This document shows positions 18,534 to 29,065 of a stretch of 64,000 nucleotides of DNA, piece by piece. The notes beneath the pieces are model-generated. The model did not search any database, was not told the origin of the DNA, and saw only the letters and a list, made by a program, of their open reading frames with translations. Numbering within the stretch: the first letter of the stretch is position 1; every line of letters begins with the position of its first letter. Origin of the DNA: Candidatus Sericytochromatia bacterium (GTDB taxonomy: Bacteria > Cyanobacteriota > Sericytochromatia > UBA7694); the NCBI GenBank assembly GCA_044356335.1, contig JBIKWL010000006.1:9848-73847 (forward strand), read 5' to 3'. The position numbers were made by a program, and so were the translations under genes.

Positions 18534-19044
18534 TTTTATGCAGTGGATCGAAGACCACCGCGAATTGCTCAAGCCGCCTGTGGGCAATCAGGTGGTCTGG
18601 CAAGACACCGAATTTATGATCATGGTGGTGGGTGGGCCGAATACGCGCAAAGATTACCATATTAATCAGGGTGAAGAGTTCTTTTACCAGCTCGAAGGGG
18701 ATATCACCCTGAAAGTGATCGAGCAGGGCCAGCCCCGCGATTTACCGATTCGCCAGGGTGAGATTTTTCTCTTGCCGGGCAATGTGCCACACTCGCCCCG
18801 CCGTCCGGCCCACACCATCGGACTGGTGATCGAGCGCAAGCGCCGCGCTGACGAAATTGATGGCTTTCAGTGGTACTGTGAAAACTGTGGTCACAAGCTC
18901 TATGAGGAGTTTTTGCCCGTAACCGACATTGTCAGCCAATTGCCACCCGTCTTTGAGCGTTTTTTTAGCGACCCTGCCCATACCACCTGTGGCCAATGTG
19001 GCACAGTCATGGAACGTCCCGTCTCCCCTTCGGAGGAAAAATGA
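18514..19044 (+). CDS. 3-hydroxyanthranilate 3,4-dioxygenase
   Basis: Cupin with C-terminal rubredoxin-like CxxC...CxxC (CENCGHK...CGQCG). The AAGGAG RBS at 18503-18508 precedes ATG 18514; the track ORF 18253..19044 is over-extended at its N-terminus. Confidence 0.8.
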   Translation: MLPIPINFMQWIEDHRELLKPPVGNQVVWQDTEFMIMVVGGPNTRKDYHINQGEEFFYQLEGDITLKVIEQGQPRDLPIRQGEIFLLPGNVPHSPRRPAHTIGLVIERKRRADEIDGFQWYCENCGHKLYEEFLPVTDIVSQLPPVFERFFSDPAHTTCGQCGTVMERPVSPSEEK

Positions 19045-20057
19045 AAATAGATATCCACACCCATATTTTACCCGAAAAGCTGCCCAATTTTGTCGAAAAA
19101 TTTGGCTATCCAGGTTTTGTCGAACTGCATCACCACACGCCGGGCAAAGCCCTGATGGTCAAAGGCGGCAAGGTTTTTCGCGAAATCGACAGCAATTGCT
19201 GGGACCCGGCTGTGCGCCTGCTGGAATGTGATCAACACGCTGTCGATGTGCAGGTTTTGTCCACCATTCCGGTTTTGTTTAATTATTGGGCCGTGCCCGA
19301 AGACGCCCTCGAAGTTTCGCGCTATCTCAACGATCACTTGGCCGAAGTCGTGCGGGAGAACCCCCGCCGTTTTGTGGCCTTGGGCACCTTGCCTTTGCAA
19401 GAACCCAAGTTGGCGATTGCCGAACTCGAACGCTGCATGACCGAATTGGGGTTTGCCGGGATTGAAATTGGCACCCATGTCAACGATTGGAATCTCGATG
19501 AGCCTGCGCTCTTTCCGATTTTAGAGGCCTGTCAAGACCTCGGCGCTGCGGTTTTTGTCCACCCTTGGGACATGCGCGGCGTGAAAAATCTACAAAAATA
19601 CTGGCTGCCCTGGTTGGTGGCCATGCCCTTTGAAACCGCTGCTGCGATTTGTTCGCTGATCTTTGGCGGCGTGATGGAGCGTCTGCCCAAGCTGCGTTTG
19701 GCCTTTGCCCATGGGGGCGGGTCTTTTCCCTGCTTGGTGGGCCGGATTGAACACGGCTTTCAGGTGCGGCCCGATCTCTGTGCCGTGAATCAAATCCGCA
19801 ACCCGCGTGAGTATATTCGCCAGTTTTGGGTCGATTCACTGGTGCATGATGCCGGTTCGATGCGTGGTTTATTGGAGATCTTCGGTGAAAACCGGATTAT
19901 TTTGGGCAGCGATTATCCCTTCCCGCTGGGTGAAGATCATCCTGGCAGTCTGATTGAGTCGATGTCCGAAATTTCACCCGCGCTGCGTGAGAAACTGTTG
20001 TTTAGCAATGCGCTGGAGTGGCTCGGGCGCGAATCCCAGCATTTTTGCTGTAATTGA
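19041..20057 (+). CDS. 2-amino-3-carboxymuconate-6-semialdehyde decarboxylase (amidohydrolase_2 family)
   Basis: MKIDIHTHILPE... metal-binding HxH start and overall ACMSD-like sequence. ATG 19041 is preceded by GGAGGAAAA and overlaps the HAAO stop by 4 nt. Confidence 0.8.
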   Translation: MKIDIHTHILPEKLPNFVEKFGYPGFVELHHHTPGKALMVKGGKVFREIDSNCWDPAVRLLECDQHAVDVQVLSTIPVLFNYWAVPEDALEVSRYLNDHLAEVVRENPRRFVALGTLPLQEPKLAIAELERCMTELGFAGIEIGTHVNDWNLDEPALFPILEACQDLGAAVFVHPWDMRGVKNLQKYWLPWLVAMPFETAAAICSLIFGGVMERLPKLRLAFAHGGGSFPCLVGRIEHGFQVRPDLCAVNQIRNPREYIRQFWVDSLVHDAGSMRGLLEIFGENRIILGSDYPFPLGEDHPGSLIESMSEISPALREKLLFSNALEWLGRESQHFCCN

Positions 20058-20155
20058 CAAGTTTAAACAAAGACGCTTTACTGGATTGATACAGAGGGGC
20101 AGAACCTGAATCTTTGCGCGCTTATTTTTAGCCTATCAAGAGAAGGGTTCCTGTT

Positions 20156-21919
20156 ATGTTCAATTGTGGTAAAAAGTTTCAGCGATCTTCCCTGTCTATT
20201 TGCTTGGCCCTCTGTACCTGTCTGCTTCAGGCCTGTAATCCTGGCGACTTAGAGCGCCTCTTCAACCCTGCTGATTCTGAGCGCAATTCAACCCCCAATC
20301 AGGTCATTCCCGATGCAGAAACCCAAAGCAAGCCCAGTGCCGCTCCCTCGGGAGGTTTGCAAATTCCCTCGCCCCGTCCCAGTTTGTTTCGGCCACCGGG
20401 CCAGCAGAGTCCGATCCCCGTGTTGGCATCGGCTTCTCCGGGGGATGTCATCGCGATTTTGCCTGATCTGTACAATACCCGCATGCCGTTTAATTTTGGC
20501 TCTGTGGGTGCGCCGATGATCGGACGCCGCCATGAATTTTATGCGGGTCCCACCAGCCAATTTGCGCTGGATATTGAATTTAAAGCGCCATTGCCTGAGC
20601 TCGAAGGCAACGGTCTGATCGTCAAATCGGGTTCGGGTCAAATCTTGAAAAACCTGCGCAATTCAAATACGGTGTTGGTCAATGGCAACCTTGCTATTTT
20701 GGAATTAAATTGGAATGGCAAAGGCGACAAGCCCGAGGTCACGCTGCGGGCCTTGGGCAAAAAGAATTCAGGCGGGACATTCCCTGCCAAAGTCACAGCC
20801 TTGGGGGATCAGGTCAAGAGTATGCCTGTCACCCTTAATCAGCCGATCGAGGTTTTTTCGAACCCTGGTAACCAGGCCCAATTGCATTTTTTCACAGTCA
20901 CGGGCGTTCGGGGCAAAGACCTGGACATCATCGCAGATGGGCCGAGCACCGTCTATGTCAATCATGAGAGCCGGGGTTTTTTCTTTCCGAATGAAGGGAC
21001 CGCCCCCGATGAACGTATCGATGCGGGGAATCAGGGATTTGTGCATATCCCGGCCTCGCAGCAGGACACCCTGCTGGTGACGCTGGAAACCCCAGGCAAT
21101 TCCAAAGAGGCTGTTCATACGCGCTTCAGTGTCAACGAAGTCAAAGAGTTGATTGATTTAACCGTGCGTTTTCCGCGTCCACCCGCTGAATATGATATGG
21201 CTGGCCCGCAGACCTTGCTCGATCGAATGAGCGAAATTACCCGCTATGCCTCCTTGTCGCTCTACCAGATCACGGCAGGCCACACCCGCATTCGCAGTCT
21301 CAAAGTCTTGCTGGGGCAGGCCCAGCCTTTGGCCAAAATTGATGTGCGGGTCGATTCCAATTCCATCGCCCGTGATTTTATTCCTGAACATGCCGTTTTG
21401 GGGGGAACCCCTTTTGCTTTGATTGAACTTGAGAAAAAATGGTGGCTGCGTTTTAATACCCTCAGGGATCACCCCGGATTTGTCTTGGCGCACGAACTGA
21501 TCCACCACCGCTACGCGATTATGGATGAATATCTTGGCTCTTGGAAAATTGACGTGGAATTTCAATCGGGAAGTCTGGATGTCGGAATCGATCGTACCAG
21601 TACCAATTATTGTCCGAACTCTGTCATGTCTTCCCCTGTGGCTGAATTCTGCTGGCAGGGAAACCACAATCCCACGGGCAATCAAACCATTGCCTCACGT
21701 TTTGACAATCCCTTGACGCCCGGTGTGGTCGAAAAAAATTCCACCTGGGATCTCTATGCCTTTCGGGTGGGGGTGACTCCGCCCAATCATCACCCGCCTT
21801 TGATTCTCAAAGAGATTAAAAGATTGGAGCGCGACACCCAAACCAATGTGGTTTTGCCTTTGAGCAGCAGCATCGAAATGGGCACATTTTTGCCCGAGCT
21901 CAAAATCCCAACGCCTTAA
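20156..21919 (+). CDS. lipoprotein with HExxH motif (putative zinc metallopeptidase)
   Basis: Signal peptide with lipobox (LLQACN). FVLAHELIHHRYAIMDEY contains HExxH. Confidence 0.5.
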   Translation: MFNCGKKFQRSSLSICLALCTCLLQACNPGDLERLFNPADSERNSTPNQVIPDAETQSKPSAAPSGGLQIPSPRPSLFRPPGQQSPIPVLASASPGDVIAILPDLYNTRMPFNFGSVGAPMIGRRHEFYAGPTSQFALDIEFKAPLPELEGNGLIVKSGSGQILKNLRNSNTVLVNGNLAILELNWNGKGDKPEVTLRALGKKNSGGTFPAKVTALGDQVKSMPVTLNQPIEVFSNPGNQAQLHFFTVTGVRGKDLDIIADGPSTVYVNHESRGFFFPNEGTAPDERIDAGNQGFVHIPASQQDTLLVTLETPGNSKEAVHTRFSVNEVKELIDLTVRFPRPPAEYDMAGPQTLLDRMSEITRYASLSLYQITAGHTRIRSLKVLLGQAQPLAKIDVRVDSNSIARDFIPEHAVLGGTPFALIELEKKWWLRFNTLRDHPGFVLAHELIHHRYAIMDEYLGSWKIDVEFQSGSLDVGIDRTSTNYCPNSVMSSPVAEFCWQGNHNPTGNQTIASRFDNPLTPGVVEKNSTWDLYAFRVGVTPPNHHPPLILKEIKRLERDTQTNVVLPLSSSIEMGTFLPELKIPTP

Positions 21920-22042
21920 AAAGGCTGAGGAAATATTAAAAAAGATCTAAAATTCTGTAAAGACACACATCTGCGATCGGTTTTAAGCCTATAAATTGGG
22001 GGTATAAAGATCGTATCCCATTTCTTTGGAGTTATTTAAGCT

Positions 22043-23149
22043 ATGTCGAGTGCTGCTATCCGTGGAACTGGCCCTCTGAATCCCGCTCTTTTGCCAGCGG
22101 CCCCTGCTGCTCCGGCCCGTCCAAAATCTGCAACTTCTGCTGCCCCTGCGCCCGCCAGCGCGGCTCCTGCTGGTACGGCTTCCAGCGCCAAAATCAGTAG
22201 TGTGGATATGTGTCAGGGCTCTGCCAAAGCGGCCTGCAGCCTCGAAACGCCCGAAGCCTGTGTTGAGCCCTCTACGAGCAAACCCCCCAAGACCTTTTTT
22301 ATCAACGGCATTCGCACCCCCGAGCGCAGTGCCAAAGAAACCCAGGCGCTGATCTCCGAACGCTTGGGCGGTACCCTCGTGGAATTGGTGTACAACCCCA
22401 CCCACGGTCTGGTTGCTGATGCTGCAGAATCGCTGATGAATATTACCGGCGTGGACACCCAGATCTCCAAAGATATGCAGGGCCGTTTGCGCAAAGCCCT
22501 GGATGCTGGCGAAAAGGTGCGCGTCTTTGCCCACAGCCAAGGTGCAGCCATTACAGGGGATGCCTTACATGATATCGCCGCAGCCTATAAAAAAGTGGGC
22601 AAGTCAGACGCCGATGTGGCCAAGATTATGTCGCGCGTTGAGGTGATCAGCTTTGGGGGCTTTGCCGACAAAGACAGCTTTCCTGATGGGGTTAAATTTA
22701 ATCTCAACCGCGAGAAAGACGATTCGATTCCACAATTGGCGACCTCGTGTCTGGCCATTGGCAAAGATTATCGCGAGGTCTGCGCCGAGCCCAAAAAGCT
22801 CAAAAATTGGCTTGATCTCGGTGGCAGCGTACTCTCGGGCCTCGAAACCACGGGACGCAATGCTGCTCACAATGCCGGTCAAGCGGTTGTGAGTGCCTAT
22901 CGCAACAGCGATAAGCTTTGGGATGCCTTTGGCAAAGGCAAGTTCTTCGACAATCTCTTTAAAGGGGATGTCGATACTGCTTGCAGCCAATTTAATGCCA
23001 AGAGTTTGGACGCCTATTGTGCCCAGATTGGCAAAGATGTTACCTCGGACCATGTCACCGTGCTTTTGGACGCCAAAGGCAAGGCTTCAGCCGGTTATGT
23101 GGTGAAATACTTTGATGGCCTGCGTGGCCGCCAAGACAAAGTGGCCTAA
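22043..23149 (+). CDS. putative serine hydrolase/lipase with Ala/Pro-rich disordered N-terminus
   Basis: Nucleophile-elbow GxSxG motif in VRVFAHSQGAAITG. A PAAPAAPARPKSATSAAPAPASAAPAG low-complexity N-terminus precedes an alpha/beta-hydrolase-like core. Confidence 0.45.
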   Translation: MSSAAIRGTGPLNPALLPAAPAAPARPKSATSAAPAPASAAPAGTASSAKISSVDMCQGSAKAACSLETPEACVEPSTSKPPKTFFINGIRTPERSAKETQALISERLGGTLVELVYNPTHGLVADAAESLMNITGVDTQISKDMQGRLRKALDAGEKVRVFAHSQGAAITGDALHDIAAAYKKVGKSDADVAKIMSRVEVISFGGFADKDSFPDGVKFNLNREKDDSIPQLATSCLAIGKDYREVCAEPKKLKNWLDLGGSVLSGLETTGRNAAHNAGQAVVSAYRNSDKLWDAFGKGKFFDNLFKGDVDTACSQFNAKSLDAYCAQIGKDVTSDHVTVLLDAKGKASAGYVVKYFDGLRGRQDKVA

Positions 23150-23198
23150 TTCCACCTTTGGCCACTTTGCTTTTGACGTGTCTGTTGCTGACTTTTGC

Positions 23199-24314
23199 TT
23201 AGCAATTCTGATCACAAAAGCGCGACTGCGGTTGTTTTTGGCCGGGGATCCAAAGTGGACGTGGGGTCATGGTTACAATCAGGGCATTGGTAACGGGGCG
23301 GGGGCCATGTTTGATGCCTTTGTCTGAGACATAGAGAGAGGTGGAACCGCCGCCATCCAGCCCGAGGGCCTCAACGGCTCCCAGTCGTTTCATAATTTGT
23401 GCCAAACGGGTATAAGTCACCCCCCCTTTGCTTTTGCCTTCGGGAAAGACATTGAGCAGCAGCAATTTCTGATTGTGGGTATAACCCACGGCGCTGCGCG
23501 AATTGGGCGCTTTGAGTGAGGCCTGGAGTTTTTCTTGGTAGTAGGTATTGTGAATGCGGCCTTCGTGTACCAAATGTGGGGCACCCGTGATAATCGTGCG
23601 AACTTTGCTCCACTCGCCGCTTTTTTCGGCGTGAATGCTGAGCCGTGTGCCAACAGGATAGAGCTTTTGAATTTCTGTTTTGCTTTTGCCGTGGGTCGAG
23701 ATCACAAAACCATTGCGCGGAATAAAGCTATTGCCCCGTCCGTAACGTGCGATCCGGTTTTTTTCGACGATCACCTCTTGGCCATATTGATTGGTCTGGG
23801 TGTGTTTGCCAAAGCGGGGGGTGTAGACGACCGTCTGTTTGGGTTTGCGCGGCTGGTTGATACCACTGACCAGCTGAAAACGATTTTTTTCGGGAAAATG
23901 TAAACCCGTTTTGATCTTGGGAATGCCAATCACAAAGCGGCGATCCGAAGTGATGCCCAGCGAGGTTCGGCGGTGGCGGGAGTCGGCGATGATTTCTCCC
24001 TCACGCATGACCAAACCGACTGAGCTGGTGATGCGGTTTCCGTGAAAAAAACTGCCGTTGATTGCGGCCACGGCGTTGGTGCGTTCGGCCATGCCACGGA
24101 TCCGTTCTTCACCACTGGCTTTGCCATGGGCCAGGGCCACGCCGACGATCATGCGTGGGTCTTGCAAATTGATTTCAACCAGGTGTACGCGCAGACTGCG
24201 TCCCCGCTCTTGGTCTTTAAAGGAGCGGTATTGTAAGGGCTCTGGTGTGGCTGCTTGCAGTGGCGCAAAGCTGGCTAAGATGCCCGCCAAAAGAAAAATA
24301 ATAAACTTGTACAT
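23199..24314 (-). CDS. phosphodiester glycosidase family protein (DUF2233/NAGPA-like), secreted
   Basis: Signal peptide, then a C-terminal ...ALGLDGGGSTSLYV... motif typical of this family. Confidence 0.55.
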   Translation of the reverse strand: MYKFIIFLLAGILASFAPLQAATPEPLQYRSFKDQERGRSLRVHLVEINLQDPRMIVGVALAHGKASGEERIRGMAERTNAVAAINGSFFHGNRITSSVGLVMREGEIIADSRHRRTSLGITSDRRFVIGIPKIKTGLHFPEKNRFQLVSGINQPRKPKQTVVYTPRFGKHTQTNQYGQEVIVEKNRIARYGRGNSFIPRNGFVISTHGKSKTEIQKLYPVGTRLSIHAEKSGEWSKVRTIITGAPHLVHEGRIHNTYYQEKLQASLKAPNSRSAVGYTHNQKLLLLNVFPEGKSKGGVTYTRLAQIMKRLGAVEALGLDGGGSTSLYVSDKGIKHGPRPVTNALIVTMTPRPLWIPGQKQPQSRFCDQNC

Positions 24315-24483
24315 GCATTCCCCCTTTCACTACCATACCCTTTAACGAGAACAAGAAATAGCGCAGGTATCACAGGTATTGGGTTGCTTGGACAGACGTG
24401 TGTGAATGTTGCGTAAATCAAGCTGCTGTCGATGTGCCCGAAATAAAGACAACAAGGCTATTATAGCCTGTTTTCTTTTGGCC

Positions 24484-27400
24484 CTACAAGCAGATCGCAA
24501 AAGCCTTTTCCATCGCTGTTTTAAGCTCTGCAAAAGCGCTTTCTAGTCGCGGCCAATCCTGCTCTAAGGCTTCCTGATTGTGATCCAATGCCGCTTGCTC
24601 CATGGTTTTGACCAATCTCAGCAGGTGGGAATTGCTGACATTGGAGGTCGCCCCTTTGATTTTATGCAATTGTTGTGCCGCTTGATCGAGATTTCCCGCT
24701 TTGAGACTTTGAGCCAGATATTCTAATTGGGGGGGAATTTCACTTAAATACAGGGTCACCAACTCGCGGGCCCAATCGGAATCCATCATGACCCTTTCGA
24801 GCAGGTATTGAAGATCGAAGGCTTGGCTGTTGACGTTTTCGGGTTGTGGATTTTCGGCAGCCCCATTTTCCAGGCTGGGAAGTTTATCCAGGTATTTTCT
24901 CAGGACCATTTCTAATTCTTTGAACAAGAGCGGTTTACTCAGGTAATCGTTCATGCCCGTACTCAGACAGCGCTCACGGGTGCCTTCTTGAATATCTGCC
25001 GTCAGGGCCACAATCGGCACTTCTGAATTGAGCACCTCTGCTGTTTGGTTGCGAATTTGCCGTGTGGCTTCAAAGCCATCCATACCCGGCATTTGGCAGT
25101 CCATCAAAACCAAAGCATACGGAATTGTCGAAAGAGCCAGTAAAACCTCTTCGCCACTGGCAACAGCATCGGCTTGATAGCCCAGTTTATCGAGCATGCG
25201 CAGGGCCACCAATTGATTGGTGGGATTGTCCTCTGCCACCAAAATGCGCCCCTGGCGTTGGGGCCGATTTTGGCCATTTTCTTGTTCTGTGGGCAAAAAA
25301 AGCTGCCAGCAGTTGCCGTCTCTGTTGAGTAAGCTCAATGCCTCCTCTAAGACGGGTTTGCGTAAGGGTTTGGTCAAACAGCCTTTAAATCCCAATTGTT
25401 TCAGGTTTTCAATCTGGGTATAACCGGTCATGGGGGTTAAAAGCAAGGTTTGGGCCTGAAGCAGATCTGAGTTTTTGCTGAATTGGTGGCCCCACAAGGT
25501 GCCTTTGCCGTCAGGCAGTGTCAAATCGAGCAGGACGATGTCAAACGGGGTGTCTTGACGTTTGGCCTGCCAGGCTGTTTCTAAGGCCGCTTCTCCATTG
25601 CCGACACTGCTTAATTCGCAGTTCCAGCTTTGGCACCAATTGTGCAAGGCCTGATGGGTGGCTTGGCTGGGAGAGGCCAAGAGCAGCCGTTGACCTGTGA
25701 AGGACAACTCTTTGGCGGGCAATGACCGATGGGCGGCTGTTTCAAGTGGAATGCTGAAATAAAAGCAGGCACCTTCACCCTCTTGGCTGTTTAAATGAAG
25801 ACTGCCACCCATTAACTCAACCAATTGTTTGCAAATGGCGAGCCCCAGGCCCGTTCCTCCATATTTGCGCGTGGTCGAGCCATCAGCCTGCATAAATGGC
25901 GAGAAAATTGCATTTTGGCGATCGACGGGAATGCCAATCCCGGTATCTTGGACTTGGAATTCAATCTCTTGTCCTCCGTGCTCGCCGGTGTGCTGGGATG
26001 TGCTCTGTGATGTACTCTGTGCGGCCAAAACAATTTGTCCCTGTTTGGTGAATTTGACGGCATTTCCACCCAGATTGAGCAAGACCTGGCGCAGACGGGC
26101 CGGATCACCCCGCACCCAGAGGGGAACATCGGGGGAGATCAAACAAACCAGATCGAGGCCTTTTTCTTGGGCTTTGACGGCCAACATTTCTGCGGTATCT
26201 TCCAGCAGGGCATGTAAGTCAAAATCCAGCCATTCCAAATCCAGTTTTTGGGCCTCCATTTTTGAGAAATCCAGTAAATCGTTGAGCAGGGTCAAAAGTG
26301 ACTCGCCACTGCGGTGCACAATACTGGCGTATTGCCGCTGCTCAGTATTTAAATTGCCCTCCAATAAAAGTCCACTCATCCCAATAATGCCATTCATGGG
26401 CGTGCGCAATTCGTGGCTGATATTCGCCAAAAATTCACTTTTGGCCTGATTGGCCTGCTGGGCTTCAACGGCCATTGCCTGAGCGCGGCAGCGGCTTTCT
26501 TCGAGCTGAAAATTGGATTCCAGCAGGGCCTCTTCGGCCTTTTTGCGGGCCAGCGTTTGGGCCAGCATATTGGCAAAGGTTTCCAGCACCTGCAACTCTT
26601 CTTTACGCCAATGACGGGTTTGCGTGGCTGAATCAAAACTGATAAACCCTTCCAGGCTGTTTTGCCACACCATAGGCACCACCAGCAAAGCGCGAATCCC
26701 CATATCTTGCCAGAGCTCTTTTTCACGCCAGGCCTCTGAAGGCAGGGCCTGAATATCTGGTACTTCGAGGATTTTAAACTGTTTGAGTGAAGCCATGCCC
26801 CAGGGAAAGAGTTCGGCTGAAACCCCCTGCATTTCGTGAAGGATTGGACGCACCCCTTCGGCATGCCATTCGTGGCTGCTGTAGATTTTATTCTGGGCCC
26901 TGAGATGAAAGAGCAGGCAGCGATCCACACCCAGCAGGCGGCCAATTTCACCCAGGGCCACATCCAGCGCCGTGTCGATTTCTCCCACCGGCAGGTGAAT
27001 AAAACGGGTTGAGAGATGGGTGATTAATGAGAGCAACTCGACTTGGTAGTGTAGAATTTTTTCGACCTGCTCCTGTTCGGTAATGTCTTGCAGCAGAACC
27101 AATTCAGCCTCTTTTTCAGCAAAGAGCAGGGGGTGACTGGTGGTTTTTACCAAAATTTGCCTGCCTGTTTGGGTAATATGCCTTTGTAATTCGACATTTT
27201 CTTGGTTTCCAGGCTGGGGAATATATGCGCTGCCAGTGGCTTTTTGAATCTGATCCAGCCGGAGTGTAAGAAAGGCCTCCTGGCTCCAGCCATAATGGCT
27301 GACAGCAGCTTCATTGACCGCCAAAAAGTACTGGCTTTTGCGGTCGTAGATCCACATCGGCAGCGGATTGTTTTCAAAGAGTTGGCGGTAGCGGGTTTCA

Positions 27401-28446
27401 CTCTCACGCAGATCGCGTTGGGCCTGATATTCTTGGGTTATTTCTCGCAGTAAGCAGATATAACCCAGGTGTTTTTCCTTTTGGTAGACGGGTTCTATTT
27501 TGAGATCAAAGCCCCGAAAATGGCCAGCGAGGGTTTGGGTCAACTCAGAGTGAAAATTTGACCAGGGGGTTTGTTCCCAAAGGGGTTCGGCGCTTTCCCA
27601 GTCACCCAGGCAGAGTTTAATTGGGGTTCCCAGGTTTTTGATGCTCAGGCCCAGCTGTCTTTGAGCCGCTGGGTTAAAATCCACCAGCCGTTCCTGGGGG
27701 TCGGCAATCAGAACGGCGTCTGATAATTTTTCAAAGAGCAGGGTTCGGGCCAGGGGGGGGAGTTCGAGAAAGTTGAGTCGCAGCCCCCAGAGAAACAAGA
27801 GACAACTGATTCCCAAGGCAAACGGTGTGGGGTCAATATTCCATGGGCTATTGCCTGTTAGATAGAGCAGATTTGCCAGCCAGGGGACCAAAGAACCGAT
27901 TAAGAGCACCACAAAGTTTTGGCGATAAGGGGTTCCGACCTGACGCCAGCTCATAAAAAAAAGCAGATTACTGAACAAAACCGCCAGGCCTGAATAAATT
28001 TGAGCAGGCCAATACCAAGGGCCTTTCTCAGACATAAAAACCGGGAAGGGACCCGAGGTGTCGACCCAGGTGTGGACATAAAAGAGGTGATGGCTTGAAT
28101 TGCTATATAACATGAGCAGGATCATGCTCGAAAAACTGAACAAGAGAAGATAGACAGAGGCTCTCAGCCATTGAGAGCGATAGGTATACGAGAGGCTAAA
28201 GACGATTAAAAACGTGGGCAAAAAGCTGGTGCCCAGGTATTCCATATAAATCCAAGGCATCATACTTTTAATTTCAAAAGCACAGAGTTCGCCCGCATAT
28301 CCAGCCGCATAAAGGGTGCTGGCAATTAACAGAGCACTAAAACTCCAGGAACCTGGTTTGCTGCGAAAGCGCCAAGTGCTACCCGCCATACGTAAAAGCA
28401 GGATGGCCGTCCCCAGTAAAAACAGGGAAAAATTATTAAAGTACAT
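24484..28446 (-). CDS. hybrid sensor histidine kinase (multi-TM sensor, PAS/GAF, HisKA, HATPase_c, two receiver domains, C-terminal Hpt)
   Basis: H-box [17 protein letters not shown], then HATPase G-boxes. Receivers are recognisable at [11 protein letters not shown]...[11 protein letters not shown]; Hpt at [10 protein letters not shown]. The true start is likely ATG at 28446 (strong AAGGAGAGG RBS); the track ORF extends to 28602. Confidence 0.85.
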   Translation of the reverse strand: MYFNNFSLFLLGTAILLLRMAGSTWRFRSKPGSWSFSALLIASTLYAAGYAGELCAFEIKSMMPWIYMEYLGTSFLPTFLIVFSLSYTYRSQWLRASVYLLLFSFSSMILLMLYSNSSHHLFYVHTWVDTSGPFPVFMSEKGPWYWPAQIYSGLAVLFSNLLFFMSWRQVGTPYRQNFVVLLIGSLVPWLANLLYLTGNSPWNIDPTPFALGISCLLFLWGLRLNFLELPPLARTLLFEKLSDAVLIADPQERLVDFNPAAQRQLGLSIKNLGTPIKLCLGDWESAEPLWEQTPWSNFHSELTQTLAGHFRGFDLKIEPVYQKEKHLGYICLLREITQEYQAQRDLRESETRYRQLFENNPLPMWIYDRKSQYFLAVNEAAVSHYGWSQEAFLTLRLDQIQKATGSAYIPQPGNQENVELQRHITQTGRQILVKTTSHPLLFAEKEAELVLLQDITEQEQVEKILHYQVELLSLITHLSTRFIHLPVGEIDTALDVALGEIGRLLGVDRCLLFHLRAQNKIYSSHEWHAEGVRPILHEMQGVSAELFPWGMASLKQFKILEVPDIQALPSEAWREKELWQDMGIRALLVVPMVWQNSLEGFISFDSATQTRHWRKEELQVLETFANMLAQTLARKKAEEALLESNFQLEESRCRAQAMAVEAQQANQAKSEFLANISHELRTPMNGIIGMSGLLLEGNLNTEQRQYASIVHRSGESLLTLLNDLLDFSKMEAQKLDLEWLDFDLHALLEDTAEMLAVKAQEKGLDLVCLISPDVPLWVRGDPARLRQVLLNLGGNAVKFTKQGQIVLAAQSTSQSTSQHTGEHGGQEIEFQVQDTGIGIPVDRQNAIFSPFMQADGSTTRKYGGTGLGLAICKQLVELMGGSLHLNSQEGEGACFYFSIPLETAAHRSLPAKELSFTGQRLLLASPSQATHQALHNWCQSWNCELSSVGNGEAALETAWQAKRQDTPFDIVLLDLTLPDGKGTLWGHQFSKNSDLLQAQTLLLTPMTGYTQIENLKQLGFKGCLTKPLRKPVLEEALSLLNRDGNCWQLFLPTEQENGQNRPQRQGRILVAEDNPTNQLVALRMLDKLGYQADAVASGEEVLLALSTIPYALVLMDCQMPGMDGFEATRQIRNQTAEVLNSEVPIVALTADIQEGTRERCLSTGMNDYLSKPLLFKELEMVLRKYLDKLPSLENGAAENPQPENVNSQAFDLQYLLERVMMDSDWARELVTLYLSEIPPQLEYLAQSLKAGNLDQAAQQLHKIKGATSNVSNSHLLRLVKTMEQAALDHNQEALEQDWPRLESAFAELKTAMEKAFAICL

Positions 28447-28623
28447 ACCTCTCCTTTGTGTGCTGGCTTTTGTGCGGACTTCATTTAAAGCCTGTCTGAC
28501 TCTCATTTCTATTTTAACTGCCTTTTGTTTGTTTTTGATAAAGCGAGATGGGGGGCGGTTCAGGCAAAATGCGGCCCCCTTGACGATTGCACGCTGCATC
28601 ACCTATCTTGAAGGTGACGAATA

Positions 28624-29030
28624 AAAGTGGACCGGGTGATTGCGTGCAGTTTCGGCTGTGCGAGGAAAGTCCGGGCTCCGCAGGGCAGGACGCTGGATAA
28701 CGACCAGTGGGGGGAACCCCAGGACAGTGCCACAGAAAAAAACCGCCCTAAACGCAGCAGACTGTGAGCAAGATACGCAGCAAATACGCAGCACTGAATA
28801 CAGCACACACAGACGCAGGGCAAGGGTGCAAAGGTGGTGTAAGAGACCACCGGCAATTGGGTGACCAATTGGCCAGGCAAACCCCGTTCGGAGCAAGGCA
28901 AACAGAGATAACGGGCTGCCCGCCCAGGTCTCGGGTATGCTGCTAGAGGTGGTCGGCAACGGCCATCCCAGAGGGATAATCACCCCTTGCCTTCGGGCAG
29001 GGACAGAACCCGGCTTATAGGTCCACTTTT
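28624..29030 (+). ncRNA. rnpB: RNase P RNA (bacterial type A)
   Basis: P4 strand GAGGAAAGTCCGGGCTCC at 28661-28679 and ACAGAACCCGGCTTA at 29003-29017. The P1 helix pairs 5' AAGTGGACC with 3' GGTCCACTT. ORFs 28599..28901 and 28603..28983 (minus) overlap the RNA and are judged spurious. Confidence 0.9.
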
Positions 29031-29065
29031 ATTCTTTCTCTCCAGCTTTTTTCAGGAGTCCCGTC

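Noticed and set aside
24440-24475. Hairpin AGGCT-attat-AGCCT followed by GTTTTCTTTT on the plus strand
   Set aside because: The stem is only 5 bp, and there is no plus-strand gene upstream for it to terminate. It lies in the upstream region of a minus-strand gene, so it is probably a chance structure.
28599-28983. Two minus-strand ORFs (100 and 126 aa)
   Set aside because: They overlap the RNase P RNA gene; the RNA call is far better supported.
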